Virus record (IMG/VR): IMGVR_UViG_3300035686_000080 | Location: 1 to 48,580 of that record | Direction: 5' to 3' (one strand) | DNA length: 48,580 bases | Source of the DNA: a virus | Lineage: Duplodnaviria; Caudoviricetes | Part shown: positions 35,862 through 45,346 of the stretch, piece by piece | Layout of the letters: every line of letters begins with the position of its first letter | How positions within the stretch are numbered: the stretch's first letter is position 1 | The notes under the pieces: generated by a model | The model's input: the letters and a program-made list of their open reading frames with translations, nothing else | What the model was told of the DNA's origin: nothing | Databases searched by the model: none | Program-made: the position numbers and the translations under genes

Positions 35862-38368
35862 CAGGCAGGCACCTGCTCCGACTCGCCGGCGTCGAGCTCG
35901 AACAGACCCGGCATGTCGAACTCGCGCTCCTTGGCCTGCAGGTACTTCACCCCGTCCAGGAAGTAGCCTGGGTTGAGCTCGACAGCACGGCCGCGGCGGC
36001 CGGCGTGCAGCGCCCGCACCGGCACTGTGAACAGCCCACCAAAGGGGTCGAATACCAGATCCCCGGGGTTGGAGTAGCGCCCGATCAGCCGGTCCACGAT
36101 GTCGAACTGCAGCGGGCAGACGTGCATGGTCTGCGCTCGGCGTGACTGCTCGGTGTTGAGGGTAAGCATGCGGTTGACGTCGGTCCAGACCTCGGAGTGG
36201 TGCGATCCGGGGGCGATGGCCATGAACGTCGCCGGCAGCGCTCCCTTGGCCTCCAGTGCCTCGCCGACCTTGATATGCGACTCGTAGTCATAGACCTGGG
36301 CCAGGGTCTGGGCGGTGAACAGCCGCGACATCTGATCGACCGGTAGTGCCGCCAGCTCGTCAGGGGTCAGGTGGCGGTTCCCCGACGATCGCCAGAAGGC
36401 GTGGGCGTCGACCTGCCAGCGCGCCCTGCTGTACTCGGCCTTCGACTTGGCGACCGGGACATCGGCGTAGCCGCGGCTGCGGTCGGTCTGGGGCTTGTGG
36501 AATAGGAGGATGTACTCCGGTGACCCGACGCCCATTTTGGTGCCATCCTTGCACTGCTCAGACCAGCCGAGGCGGTAGGTCTGGTTGTTCTCCCGGACGA
36601 CGTCGGTGACGACGGTGATCATGCCGAGGTAGTCGAAGCCGTGGCGGCGGCCGTGCATGAGCGCTTCGGCGTGGAACGGTGAGGAAGTGGGGACGCCGGC
36701 GCCGGTGACGTTGCCGAACAGGATCCGGTCCTTGACGTGGCAGGCGTAGATCCGGCCTGGCCGTAGGACGCGCAGCAGCTCGGGGGTGAGGAAGTCCATC
36801 TGGGCCCAGAAGTGGTCGTTGTCGTCGGTGTGGCCGAAGTCGTTGTAGCTGGGGGTGTACTCGTAGTGGTTGGAGAAAGGGATGCTGGTGACGATCAAGT
36901 CGACCGAGTTCTCGGCCATTGACCGAGTCTCGTCCACGCAGTCGTTGTTCGCGACGAGCCACCCCTGTCCGGAGGCCTCGATTCGTTCGACGCCGATGGA
37001 GCGGGTCAGGGCGTCATGGACGCTGACCTGGTTAAGGCCGTGCTGCCGGATGACGTTGCTCATGGTGGCGGTCAACTCCTTGTGCTGCTCCCATTTGCGC
37101 TGCAGCGTGCGCACGACCTCGCGCTCGGACTCGGCGTGGATGATGTCGATGCGGACCCGCTCAGGTTGGAGGAAGCGGTGGATGCGGTGGACGGCCTGGA
37201 TGAAGTCGTTGAACTTGAACCCGACGCCGACGAAGATGGCGCGGTGGCAGTGCCGCTGGAAGTTGCAGCCTGACCCGGACAGCTCGGGCTTGGTGGCCAG
37301 CAGCCGGGTCTTGCCGTCGGAGAAGTCGATGACCCGCTGCTCGCGCACGTCCAGGTCCAGCTGCCCGAAAACCTCTACCGCGTCCGGGATGGCCGCCTTG
37401 ATCGCGCGCCGCTCATCCTCGAGGTCGTGCCAGAGGATGAAGTGATCGGCCGGCGCTTCGGCGACCAGCCGGGCGGCGACCGCCACCCGCTCGGGCAGGG
37501 TGTCGCGCTTCTCGCGGGCGGCGTCAGCGACGCCGAGGTTGCCGCCGCGGAATAACGGCACCTGGCCGTCGCGATCAGCCACCGCATGGGAGTGGTCGAC
37601 GGCCACCTCGTGGAACACCACCTCTAGCTCGGGCAGGTCGTACCCGACGTCGTCGAATCCGAGGTCAGACGGCTTCTGCAGGAAGATCGCCCAGGTGGAG
37701 AGCCACAGCCAGAACTCTCGTTCCTTGTGCGGGTAGAGGGTGAGGTTGTTGGCCTGGGTCGAGTCGCGTTGGAAGAACCTAGTCAGGGCCTGGCCGGTGT
37801 CCATCACGCCGAGGAATCCGGCGTAGTGGATCAGCTCCTTGTACCGGTTCGGTGATGGGGTGGCGGTGGCGACGAAGCGGTGCTTGACTTGGTCGAACAG
37901 GGCGAGGAAGGTCTGGAACGTCTTCGAGCCGTAGGACCGTAGGACGCTGGCCTCATCGAGGCTGGCGGCGTCGAAGAGGTTGGGGTCGAGCTTGCCGTCC
38001 CGGATACTCTCGTAGTTGGTGATGTAGATGCCCGGCCCGGCGCTCTGGTCGGCGGTGCGGATGAAGGTGACCGGGATGCCCAGTGTGGCGGCGTCGCGGG
38101 TGAACTCCTGACGGACACCGAGGGGCAGCACGATCAGCCCGGAGCCACCGGTGCGGGCAATGGTGAGCCGGACGGTCTCCAGTTGCATGAAGGTCTTGCC
38201 GAGACCGAACGCGGCGAAGATGGCCCGCCGGCCGCCGGCGACGGCCCACTGCACGATGGCGCGCTGGTGGTCTTTCAGCAGCGGGTTGATCTCGGTCAGT
38301 TCGACGTCGAAACCGTTGGCGTGCTTGAAGTCGACCTTGGACTCTAGGAACCGCCGATAGGTGCTCAT
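35861..38368 (-). CDS. SNF2-like helicase fused to N4/N6 DNA methyltransferase, 835 aa
   Basis: FGLGKT, LDEAS, TATPSPN, QA..R..RF; MTase motif IV TSIPF and motif I FDPFGG (beta-class order). Confidence 0.88.
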   Translation of the reverse strand: MSTYRRFLESKVDFKHANGFDVELTEINPLLKDHQRAIVQWAVAGGRRAIFAAFGLGKTFMQLETVRLTIARTGGSGLIVLPLGVRQEFTRDAATLGIPVTFIRTADQSAGPGIYITNYESIRDGKLDPNLFDAASLDEASVLRSYGSKTFQTFLALFDQVKHRFVATATPSPNRYKELIHYAGFLGVMDTGQALTRFFQRDSTQANNLTLYPHKEREFWLWLSTWAIFLQKPSDLGFDDVGYDLPELEVVFHEVAVDHSHAVADRDGQVPLFRGGNLGVADAAREKRDTLPERVAVAARLVAEAPADHFILWHDLEDERRAIKAAIPDAVEVFGQLDLDVREQRVIDFSDGKTRLLATKPELSGSGCNFQRHCHRAIFVGVGFKFNDFIQAVHRIHRFLQPERVRIDIIHAESEREVVRTLQRKWEQHKELTATMSNVIRQHGLNQVSVHDALTRSIGVERIEASGQGWLVANNDCVDETRSMAENSVDLIVTSIPFSNHYEYTPSYNDFGHTDDNDHFWAQMDFLTPELLRVLRPGRIYACHVKDRILFGNVTGAGVPTSSPFHAEALMHGRRHGFDYLGMITVVTDVVRENNQTYRLGWSEQCKDGTKMGVGSPEYILLFHKPQTDRSRGYADVPVAKSKAEYSRARWQVDAHAFWRSSGNRHLTPDELAALPVDQMSRLFTAQTLAQVYDYESHIKVGEALEAKGALPATFMAIAPGSHHSEVWTDVNRMLTLNTEQSRRAQTMHVCPLQFDIVDRLIGRYSNPGDLVFDPFGGLFTVPVRALHAGRRGRAVELNPGYFLDGVKYLQAKEREFDMPGLFELDAGESEQVPA

Positions 38369-38562
38369 CCCCGCCCGCCCTTCTCGGCAACTTGGTGCCA
38401 GCACGGGCACGGGATCGCCTTGCCGCGGCTGTCGGTCTCGGTGAGCCAGGGGCAGTCGTGGTTGTCGGGGTGGTTGCAGATCCGCTGCCCGCATCCGCGT
38501 GCCGCCAGCGGCGGGGTGGCGGTACTGGGTCGGCCGCCGAGTTCGGCGTAAGGCTCGGTCAT
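38365..38562 (-). CDS. Small Cys/His-rich hypothetical protein, 65 aa
   Basis: ATGA overlaps on both sides. Confidence 0.55.
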   Translation of the reverse strand: MTEPYAELGGRPSTATPPLAARGCGQRICNHPDNHDCPWLTETDSRGKAIPCPCWHQVAEKGGRG

Positions 38563-39215
38563 GCCGCACGCTCCGAGAGGTGATCGAGCAGCTGGCGACC
38601 GACGAATTCCGTGTACGCCGGGGGCACTGACTCGCGCAGCCCGTCGCGGTTCATCCAGTCGATGCCGACCGCTGCCTTGGCCTCGGTCACGCCGGAGAAG
38701 TTGCCCACCAGATGGACGAACTCGCCGGGCTTGGCTGGCCGGCCCATCTTCGCCTGGGGTGCCTTGTGGGCGGGGTGCGCTGGGGCGGCGAGGGGCAGGT
38801 TGGACTCGAACAAGCGGTGCCGGTAGGTGCGCAGCCCGAACATCGCCCCGCACAGCTCCACTGGGTCTAGCAGTGGAGCTGCGGCGACGTTCTCCATCAC
38901 CCAGCACGGGTGCCCCATTCCCAGCAGGATGAGCCGGGTCGGCGCGATGAGCCGCGGCCAGGCCTTGCCGTGCAGGCGCTGGGTGTCGCTGTAGCCCTGG
39001 CAGGGCATCGACGAGTGGATGGCGTCGTACTCGTGGCCATGCTCGGCCAGGTACTCCAGCGCGTCGGCCTGGATGAACTCGTCGCCGCAGTAGCGCGGCT
39101 GCTGGTCTCTGTCGACACCGGTCACGCGGAAGCCTGCGAGCTGGTACCCGCGGGTAGCGCCGCCCTGGCAGCATCCGAGGTCGAGCAAATTTGGCTGTGC
39201 CTTGGTGGCCTTCAT
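38559..39215 (-). CDS. Short C5-cytosine DNA methyltransferase-like protein
   Basis: LLDLGCCQGG (motif I), SMPCQ (motif IV), MENV (VI), RHRLFE (VIII). Confidence 0.8.
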   Translation of the reverse strand: MKATKAQPNLLDLGCCQGGATRGYQLAGFRVTGVDRDQQPRYCGDEFIQADALEYLAEHGHEYDAIHSSMPCQGYSDTQRLHGKAWPRLIAPTRLILLGMGHPCWVMENVAAAPLLDPVELCGAMFGLRTYRHRLFESNLPLAAPAHPAHKAPQAKMGRPAKPGEFVHLVGNFSGVTEAKAAVGIDWMNRDGLRESVPPAYTEFVGRQLLDHLSERAA

Positions 39216-39622
39216 GCCGCCGCCTTCGCCCGGTGCCGCTGAACCGTCCGGGTCGGCTTCTGGCTGGGCCGGGGGCGAGGGGAGTGCAGGATGTGCAGCC
39301 CGATCCGCTTTAGCCGCCGTTCCAACGCGACCTGATTGGTGCCGAGGCGCAGGGCGATGGTCTCGGCGTGGGTCTCACCGGTGGCGATGAGGTAGAGGTA
39401 GTCCTCGGCAAACGCCTGGGTGTTCCGCTCCCGTCCGTTGGCAGGGGTCTTCGCGGCCCAGGCTTGGGTCTGCTCGGTGATGTAGGCGCGGCGGGCGTCC
39501 ATGCTTTGGGCGCATGGCGCGGCGGGCGATTGCTGGTGGTGCTTGACGTAGCCCTCGATCGTGCCGCGCAGCGCAGGGGGGCAGCACTGGTTGCCGGCCG
39601 GTGGGTACTTCGGCGCTCTCAT
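39212..39622 (-). CDS. Hypothetical protein with C-terminal HTH-like segment
   Basis: GT..GY..H.......C motif; IALRLG....ALERRL.R.G. Confidence 0.6.
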   Translation of the reverse strand: MRAPKYPPAGNQCCPPALRGTIEGYVKHHQQSPAAPCAQSMDARRAYITEQTQAWAAKTPANGRERNTQAFAEDYLYLIATGETHAETIALRLGTNQVALERRLKRIGLHILHSPRPRPSQKPTRTVQRHRAKAAA

Positions 39623-40167
39623 CGGCTGGCCCGCCCTTCTGCTGCGGTGGTTGACAGTGCGCGGTTCGGTGCGCTGTAGAAGGCGCTCAGCTGGGCATCG
39701 GCGACCCAGCTCATGCTCGGTGTGGTGAGGACGACGAGCGCGCCTGTGGGCTGCTCCCGGTGCACCCAGATCTTGTAAGCGGTCATCTCGACCACCCGGC
39801 TGTCGTCGCCGAGGACGCCGGCGGTGGCGAGCGCGTCGAGGGTGGAGCGCAGCAGCTTGTCCCCGTCGGGCCTGTTGGAGTGCCAGGTCGGGGCGTTATC
39901 GCGGAGGATGCTCGCGTTTCTGCCGGTGCGGTAGTGGGATTTCGGGCGGCGGAAGCCGAACACGATGACGGCGCGGACCTGGGGCAGCGGCTGCCAACCC
40001 TGTTCGGCGGCGGCTTTCTCGGCGGCTGCGACGACGTCCTGCCGCCACGGCTTCACCTTCTTCGACGATTCAGTGAGGATCGTCTTGCCGGTCTTGCTGC
40101 GGAAGGCGGTCTTGCTGCCCTGGGCTCCCGGCTCGCCGGTCACCCGGAAGCGCAGCTCGGCGGTCAT
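39619..40167 (-). CDS. rusA: RusA-family Holliday junction resolvase, 182 aa
   Basis: V.G.P..QGSK, PWR, RPKSH, PD.DKL.R...DAL......DDS.VV. Confidence 0.9.
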   Translation of the reverse strand: MTAELRFRVTGEPGAQGSKTAFRSKTGKTILTESSKKVKPWRQDVVAAAEKAAAEQGWQPLPQVRAVIVFGFRRPKSHYRTGRNASILRDNAPTWHSNRPDGDKLLRSTLDALATAGVLGDDSRVVEMTAYKIWVHREQPTGALVVLTTPSMSWVADAQLSAFYSAPNRALSTTAAEGRASR

Positions 40168-40541
40168 TCGGTCACCCCAAGAGCAGCCGAGACGGCCCGG
40201 TAGGTGTCGCAGGGAAACGGCACCCACTCCCGCACGGTGCAGCCTTCGCATACCCGGCCGTGAATGTGGTGTTGCAGCGGCACGTGCAGGTCCAGCACGG
40301 CGTTGACTGCTGCCAACAGAACGGGAACGTCCCTGCGAGCTGCGGCGATGAAGTCGGCGTTGAAGGTCCGCAGCCCCCGGTGTGGGTCCGTGGTCTCGGC
40401 TATGGGTAGGGCGGTATCGACGTTGGGGTCGCCCACCGGGTCCGCCAGGACCGCCATTGCCCACACCTTCCACGGCCCGGCGGTCGCGGCCTCTGCTCGC
40501 TCGCGGATCTGGTTCAGGTGTGCTCGCAGCGCGTCGGTCAT
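40164..40541 (-). CDS. Ead/Ea22-like phage protein
   Basis: IR.RA.AAT.GPW...NADFIAAAR.DVP.LLA.V. Confidence 0.7.
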   Translation of the reverse strand: MTDALRAHLNQIRERAEAATAGPWKVWAMAVLADPVGDPNVDTALPIAETTDPHRGLRTFNADFIAAARRDVPVLLAAVNAVLDLHVPLQHHIHGRVCEGCTVREWVPFPCDTYRAVSAALGVTE

Positions 40542-40726
40542 CGCGCACCGTGCCGGGAGCGATTGTGGTCAGCGGCGAGGTGAGCCGCGCGGGCCGCGGT
40601 CATGATCCAGGTGCGCCAGTTGACGACGAGCGTGTAGGTGGGCCCGGTGTGCGTCGTCGCGCACCCCGCGTCCTCGCAGACGGCGCGGTGGCCCTGTCCG
40701 GGCACCTCGACTACCTGGGCGGTCAT
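40538..40726 (-). CDS. Small hypothetical protein, 62 aa
   Basis: ATGA overlaps on both sides. Confidence 0.55.
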   Translation of the reverse strand: MTAQVVEVPGQGHRAVCEDAGCATTHTGPTYTLVVNWRTWIMTAARAAHLAADHNRSRHGAR

Positions 40727-41352
40727 CCGAGGAGCCCCAGCGTCTTAGCGGCGCGCTCGACGTCATCCCACGGGCCACGTCGCCCGCCGTTGCGGTCAGG
40801 GTGGGTCCTGGCCTTGGCCATCTTGTACGCCTGCTCGATAGGCGTCCCCAGCCCGGTCTGGGAGTGCAGGTGCAGGACGCCCTTGGCCTGCTCCGGCGTC
40901 AGCTTGGCCGGCCCGGACTCCAGCGCCTGCCAGCCGCGGTACTGCTCGCCGGAGCGGGTGATGCCGTACCTATCGACCTTGCGCAGCGCCTCCAGCGAGA
41001 GGGCTATCGCCCGCAGGTTGGCCTGCCATCCGGGGATCTGCCAGTTCCACTCCTGCTCGAACTCGTCTGTCGCGAAGGTCAGATCGCCCTGACGGCAGGT
41101 GAAGCTGAGCCGGACGCCGGGGTGCTCGATCTTGGCCTGCGCGCGCAGCAACCCGTCCCGCCGCAGATCCTGGCCGCCGTTGCGGGTGACCACCTGGATC
41201 ACGGCTCGGCCCTTGGTGTCGAGCATGTCGAGTTCCCGAGTCAGCAACTCGATCGTGTCTGCGTAGCTGGCTTTGAACGGCGGCGGCTTTCGCTGGCGGC
41301 TGCTCTCGGCCGGCCAGCGGTCGATGGGCTCGGTGACAATCTGGAAGCTCAC
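40723..41352 (-). CDS. Phage protein with C-terminal J-domain-like HPD motif
   Basis: NLRAIAL.LEALR..DRYG; AYK.A...THPDRNGG. Confidence 0.75.
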   Translation of the reverse strand: MSFQIVTEPIDRWPAESSRQRKPPPFKASYADTIELLTRELDMLDTKGRAVIQVVTRNGGQDLRRDGLLRAQAKIEHPGVRLSFTCRQGDLTFATDEFEQEWNWQIPGWQANLRAIALSLEALRKVDRYGITRSGEQYRGWQALESGPAKLTPEQAKGVLHLHSQTGLGTPIEQAYKMAKARTHPDRNGGRRGPWDDVERAAKTLGLLG

Positions 41353-41585
41353 GTCTGCCTCCGCAGGATCGCCGCTGCCCGATCGGCCAGCTCGAAGCGC
41401 CAGCCGACGCGGGACAGCCCTTTGAACGGGTCGTCCTCTTCAGCCTGCATCTGCAGCTCGGCGTCCATGACCGCGGCCTGCAGCCGGCGGTGGGTCAGGT
41501 CGTTGAACGGTCGCCGGGCGGCGAGGGACGCGATGACGGCCCAGCGGTCGGAGTCGCTGAGCGGGCTGATGCGCAGGCCGGTCAT
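41349..41585 (-). CDS. Hypothetical protein, 78 aa
   Basis: Coupled to recT stop. Confidence 0.55.
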   Translation of the reverse strand: MTGLRISPLSDSDRWAVIASLAARRPFNDLTHRRLQAAVMDAELQMQAEEDDPFKGLSRVGWRFELADRAAAILRRQT

Positions 41586-42463
41586 CACTCGCCCCGGCTG
41601 ATGGCGTCGAGCACTTCCTGCGTGGGGCCGCCGACGATCTCGCCCTCGATGACTTCGCCGGTGCCGAGGTCCACAGTCTGGCCCTCGATGCGCTCCAGAT
41701 CCGATGCCGTTCCGACCTGGAGCTTGATCGGTTCTGATGCGACGTCGCGAACCGCCCGCAGTTGCTCGCGGATGTACTCCGAGCTGGTCGGCACCCACTT
41801 CTGCAACTGCCGGACGGCGGACTTGAGCCACATCGAAGGCTCGTGCTTCTGCCACGGCGAGTACTCGGAGTCCGAGCCCTGCGAGCTGGCCTTGATGACG
41901 GCGATCGCGGCCCGGTTCAGGACGATCACCTTCGACGTGGCGCCGTCCTTCATCACCGCGTAGGCATAAACCAGCCGCAGCGAGCCGCGATTGTCGGAGT
42001 CCCAGTCGATCTCATGCTGTGGCCGCTCGTCGACGCCGGGGCGGTAGGAGAATTTGTCGTTGGAGTAGACCAGCTCGGCGACCACGGAGGCGATCGCGCC
42101 GGCCCGGTACATCAGCTCGATGTAGCCCTGGTAGCCGACGATTCCGAGGATCTCCAGCTGGCCGCGGACCTTGCGGGGGGTGAGGTAGTACTGCTCGGTG
42201 CCAGGCTCCAGTCCGAGGCGTGCGGCGTCGAGAAGGGCGGCGAGGAAGACGCCGGGGTTGTTCTGGGCGGCGATCTCCAGCTCGAACCGGTCACCCTGCT
42301 TCTTGCCCTTCTTCAGCGCGCCTTGGGCGAGACGCACCCACTGCTCGGGCTTGATGTGCGACGGGAGGACCGATGCGAAGTCGCTGCGGTACTGCTCGAT
42401 CATTCCGCCCGGTCCTTTCCGTTGCCGTTCGGCGACGGCCTGGGATTCGCTGACGATGGTCAT
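41585..42463 (-). CDS. recT: RecT-family ssDNA annealing protein
   Basis: A.LGLEP, GYQG.IEL..R.G, SPW......MW.KS.VRQL.KW.P.S.E. Confidence 0.92.
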   Translation of the reverse strand: MTIVSESQAVAERQRKGPGGMIEQYRSDFASVLPSHIKPEQWVRLAQGALKKGKKQGDRFELEIAAQNNPGVFLAALLDAARLGLEPGTEQYYLTPRKVRGQLEILGIVGYQGYIELMYRAGAIASVVAELVYSNDKFSYRPGVDERPQHEIDWDSDNRGSLRLVYAYAVMKDGATSKVIVLNRAAIAVIKASSQGSDSEYSPWQKHEPSMWLKSAVRQLQKWVPTSSEYIREQLRAVRDVASEPIKLQVGTASDLERIEGQTVDLGTGEVIEGEIVGGPTQEVLDAISRGE

Positions 42464-43395
42464 GACGCTGCGCTCATTTCGGTGTCGAAGGTGGGCAGGT
42501 TCCGGGCGGCGACCACGTAGGGGTCCCCGTCGCCGCGGGCTTGCCGGGTGGCGATGGTCTGGTTCAGGTAGGTCGCGGTCTTGGCGTTGCCCATGCAGTC
42601 GGCGAGGATCGCCGTGGCCTCCTGCGCGTCGGCCTGCGCAAGCTTGGCGACCATCTTGGTCAGGCAGAACGCCTCGGCCACCTTGGCAGGGACTTCGACC
42701 TTCACCGGGTCGATCAACGGGTGCAGCTCCCTGATCGCTGCGTAGGTCTGGTCGTGCGCGTCGATATCAGGCCGGACATCGCGCTCGACGTCGGCCAGGA
42801 ACTCGGCCGCCGCCTCGCGCAGTGCCCGTTGGTCGGTCGGGTCGGCCTTGACGATGTACTCGCGGAACTGACCTTGGCTGCCGATGAAGACCTCGACGTA
42901 GCAGGTGTCGAGCGAGAAGACGTCGAGGTACCACTGGACCTGGCAGCGGTACCAGATGGGGATCTCGTCGGTGCCGGGCTCGCCCCAGTGGTCGTCGTAG
43001 AGGGCGTACTTGGCCTCAAGGAGCATCTGAGGCGCGCTAGTTTTGGTGAGGTCGAGGTAGTCCTGGGGGTCGGTGTAGATGAGCCCGTCGGGGTTGCCGA
43101 TCTGCCAGCGGCGCTCGTGGTGTCGGAACGTGGCTTGTCCGCCGACGCGCCACTCGGGGTGGTTGTCGCGGAACTTCTGCACGATGGCCGGTTCCAGGCG
43201 CTTGCCGGCGTCCATGACTTCGGACTCTTCGACCGGCCCGATCAGCCCGGCCTTGCGATGCCAGAGAGCGAAGCGGGACTCCCAGGGCGAGAGGCCCAGG
43301 AGCGCGGCGACCTCTGACCCGCCGAGGCCGTGTTCTCGGGCTGCGTGCCACTCCGGACTCCCGGGCTCGAACCGGCCGACCAGGACGGCGCTCAT
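42460..43395 (-). CDS. YqaJ-like (lambda-Exo/RecE) exonuclease, 311 aa
   Basis: EW...R..GLGGSE, G..LE, PDG, LEAK, Y..QVQWYL. Confidence 0.92.
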   Translation of the reverse strand: MSAVLVGRFEPGSPEWHAAREHGLGGSEVAALLGLSPWESRFALWHRKAGLIGPVEESEVMDAGKRLEPAIVQKFRDNHPEWRVGGQATFRHHERRWQIGNPDGLIYTDPQDYLDLTKTSAPQMLLEAKYALYDDHWGEPGTDEIPIWYRCQVQWYLDVFSLDTCYVEVFIGSQGQFREYIVKADPTDQRALREAAAEFLADVERDVRPDIDAHDQTYAAIRELHPLIDPVKVEVPAKVAEAFCLTKMVAKLAQADAQEATAILADCMGNAKTATYLNQTIATRQARGDGDPYVVAARNLPTFDTEMSAAS

Positions 43396-43727
43396 CGGAC
43401 ACGCGCCGATCCGCGAACCGTCGCCGAGTACAGCCAGTCGATGCCGAGCACGATCAGGGTGATGGCCGCCGCGGCCACGCCGATCTGGAGCAGCCCTACC
43501 CAGTGCCGCGCGGCCTGCACGACGAGCGTGGCTAGCCCGGCGGCGCTGATCGTGGCGCTGATGATCACGAACAGGACGGCCCAGCCCAAGGCGTGCGGGT
43601 GCACGGCGCTGTAGGGCTCGCCGAGCTCGTCGAGATCGCGCGCGGAGGCGACCTTGCCGAGCTGTCGCACCGCGTCGATGTCGACGGGCCGGGCCGGTGG
43701 GCGGTCGTCGCGCCACTGGATGGTCAT
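43392..43727 (-). CDS. Membrane protein (2 TM), 111 aa
   Basis: Two hydrophobic stretches; ATGA overlaps. Confidence 0.6.
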   Translation of the reverse strand: MTIQWRDDRPPARPVDIDAVRQLGKVASARDLDELGEPYSAVHPHALGWAVLFVIISATISAAGLATLVVQAARHWVGLLQIGVAAAAITLIVLGIDWLYSATVRGSARVR

Positions 43728-44065
43728 GACGCCACCGCCGGGGCCAGGTCGCGCAGTACCTGCTCAGCCAGACGGCGGAGCGACTCGATCCACTGGCACG
43801 TCGTCCAACCGAGTTCAGCGCAGGACTTGGCGCGCCATGCATGCCCGTGGTGGTAGGCCGGGTGAGCCTTGATTGCAGCCCGGAGGGTGGCTTCCACTGC
43901 CCGCCAGTGGTCAGGACCGGAAGCAGCGATCAGCACTGCGTCCGCGAAGCGCAGTCCCTCCTGTTCGATGTCGTCGCGGGTATACCAGTCCTCAACGGCC
44001 GCCTTCGCCGCAGCCTTCCCGGCTGCGTCTGCTGCTCGGGTGAGCAGATCCACCAGGTCGGTCAT
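43724..44065 (-). CDS. Hypothetical protein, 113 aa; paralog of 32427-33047 C-terminal half
   Basis: Shared peptide and DNA blocks; coupled start. Confidence 0.7.
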   Translation of the reverse strand: MTDLVDLLTRAADAAGKAAAKAAVEDWYTRDDIEQEGLRFADAVLIAASGPDHWRAVEATLRAAIKAHPAYHHGHAWRAKSCAELGWTTCQWIESLRRLAEQVLRDLAPAVAS

Positions 44066-44292
44066 CACGCCACCGCCAGCAGAGCCTGGCCGACCAGAGA
44101 GATCCGCTGCCGGACAGCGCCGGTCAACCCGGCGTAGTCGGCCATCTCCCACAGCCGGTTGCCCTCGGCCACCAGGTCACACTTCTGGTCGAACGAAAGG
44201 CCGACCGGAGGGTCGTAGGTGGCGCGTTCGGTGGCCAGGATCTTGGCAGCCAACAGATTGGTCAGCAGCGGGTAGCTCGATGCGGCGGTCAT
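44065..44292 (-). CDS. Hypothetical protein, 75 aa
   Basis: Coupled ORF. Confidence 0.6.
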   Translation of the reverse strand: MTAASSYPLLTNLLAAKILATERATYDPPVGLSFDQKCDLVAEGNRLWEMADYAGLTGAVRQRISLVGQALLAVA

Positions 44293-44891
44293 GCGACACC
44301 GCCGGTGGCGCCAAAGTGGTCAAGGGCCGCGGGGGCCGCTTGCTGTTCAGCGGCCCCCGCGTCCGCCTGCGGTGCCGGGGTTGGCGCGGCAGGCGCAGGG
44401 GCATCGGTCGGCAGTTCCTCGGTGCAGTCGGGGCAGTCGGCCTCGCGGCCTTCGACACGAGTTACGACGCGCCAGCCCCTGTCATCGGGCTCGGCGTAGT
44501 GGTCGTGATGATCAGGCTCAGGACCGCACGGGTAGGGCTTGATTGCGTCCGGGTCCACTTTGTAGTGGTGCGCGCGCTCCCAGATCCACTCTCCGTCCGG
44601 GGTGTTGCGGCTCTCGGCCCACTCCCACGCCTCCTGGCCGGTGAGCCCTTGCAGCAGCGCGTCGGCAAACAGCGCACGGCCACGCGCCGCGATCAAGGCG
44701 AGCGTCCGGTCGACCCGTTCGCGCCTGCCCTCCGGGTCGGTCGCGAACCAGCTCGTTCCTTCGAAGTCGAACCCGATCGCTCGGGCGTACAGGTAGGGCA
44801 CCTCGACCGCCAGCTCGCGGACCTCGCCCTCGGCGGGGTGCGGGTACAGCTCGTGCGCGTACCGCCGCTTCGTCCGGCGCTCCCCGCTCAT
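44289..44891 (-). CDS. Hypothetical protein, 200 aa
   Basis: Coupled ORF, Trp/Tyr-rich, C-terminal CPDC. Confidence 0.65.
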   Translation of the reverse strand: MSGERRTKRRYAHELYPHPAEGEVRELAVEVPYLYARAIGFDFEGTSWFATDPEGRRERVDRTLALIAARGRALFADALLQGLTGQEAWEWAESRNTPDGEWIWERAHHYKVDPDAIKPYPCGPEPDHHDHYAEPDDRGWRVVTRVEGREADCPDCTEELPTDAPAPAAPTPAPQADAGAAEQQAAPAALDHFGATGGVA

Positions 44892-45271
44892 GCCGCACCA
44901 GCCTTGATGTCGGCTTCCACGGCGCGGCGGGCGAGGTTAGCGGCGCAGCCCCGGTGAGTCTCCGGGTCGACGTAGCCCGCCTCCCGGTGATCGACCTGCC
45001 CGGCCAACTCAGCCTCGTGCAGCTCGGCCACGATGTCGGCCACGCGCTGGAACGCGTCGTCCTCGAGGTGCGGCAGCGCCATCGCGACGATCGGCCGCTC
45101 GTTCGGCGCCAGCTCCACGGGGCGAGTGGGGTCGGTGTCCGCGGCGATCCGGCCGGCCAGCTTCAGCAGATCCCTGGCCCGGGTGGCGGGCGGGTGGACG
45201 TCGGCCTGGTCGGGTTCGCAGGTGATGCGCAGCATCGCCGCGGTGTCGGGCGGCCGGACTGTCGTGGTCAT
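44888..45271 (-). CDS. Hypothetical protein, 127 aa
   Basis: GAGGA RBS; ATGA overlap downstream. Confidence 0.6.
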   Translation of the reverse strand: MTTTVRPPDTAAMLRITCEPDQADVHPPATRARDLLKLAGRIAADTDPTRPVELAPNERPIVAMALPHLEDDAFQRVADIVAELHEAELAGQVDHREAGYVDPETHRGCAANLARRAVEADIKAGAA

Positions 45272-45346
45272 GGGATACGCTGTCCTCTCAGGTAGTTGGT
45301 TGGGTCGGCGCTCTTGTCAGGGGAGCCGGCCCCGCTTTTTTGTGGG

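Noticed and set aside
32443-44047. Diversity-generating retroelement (TR/VR pair) explanation for the repeated blocks
   Set aside because: No reverse transcriptase in the window, mismatches are not adenine-specific, and both copies lie in coding paralogs.
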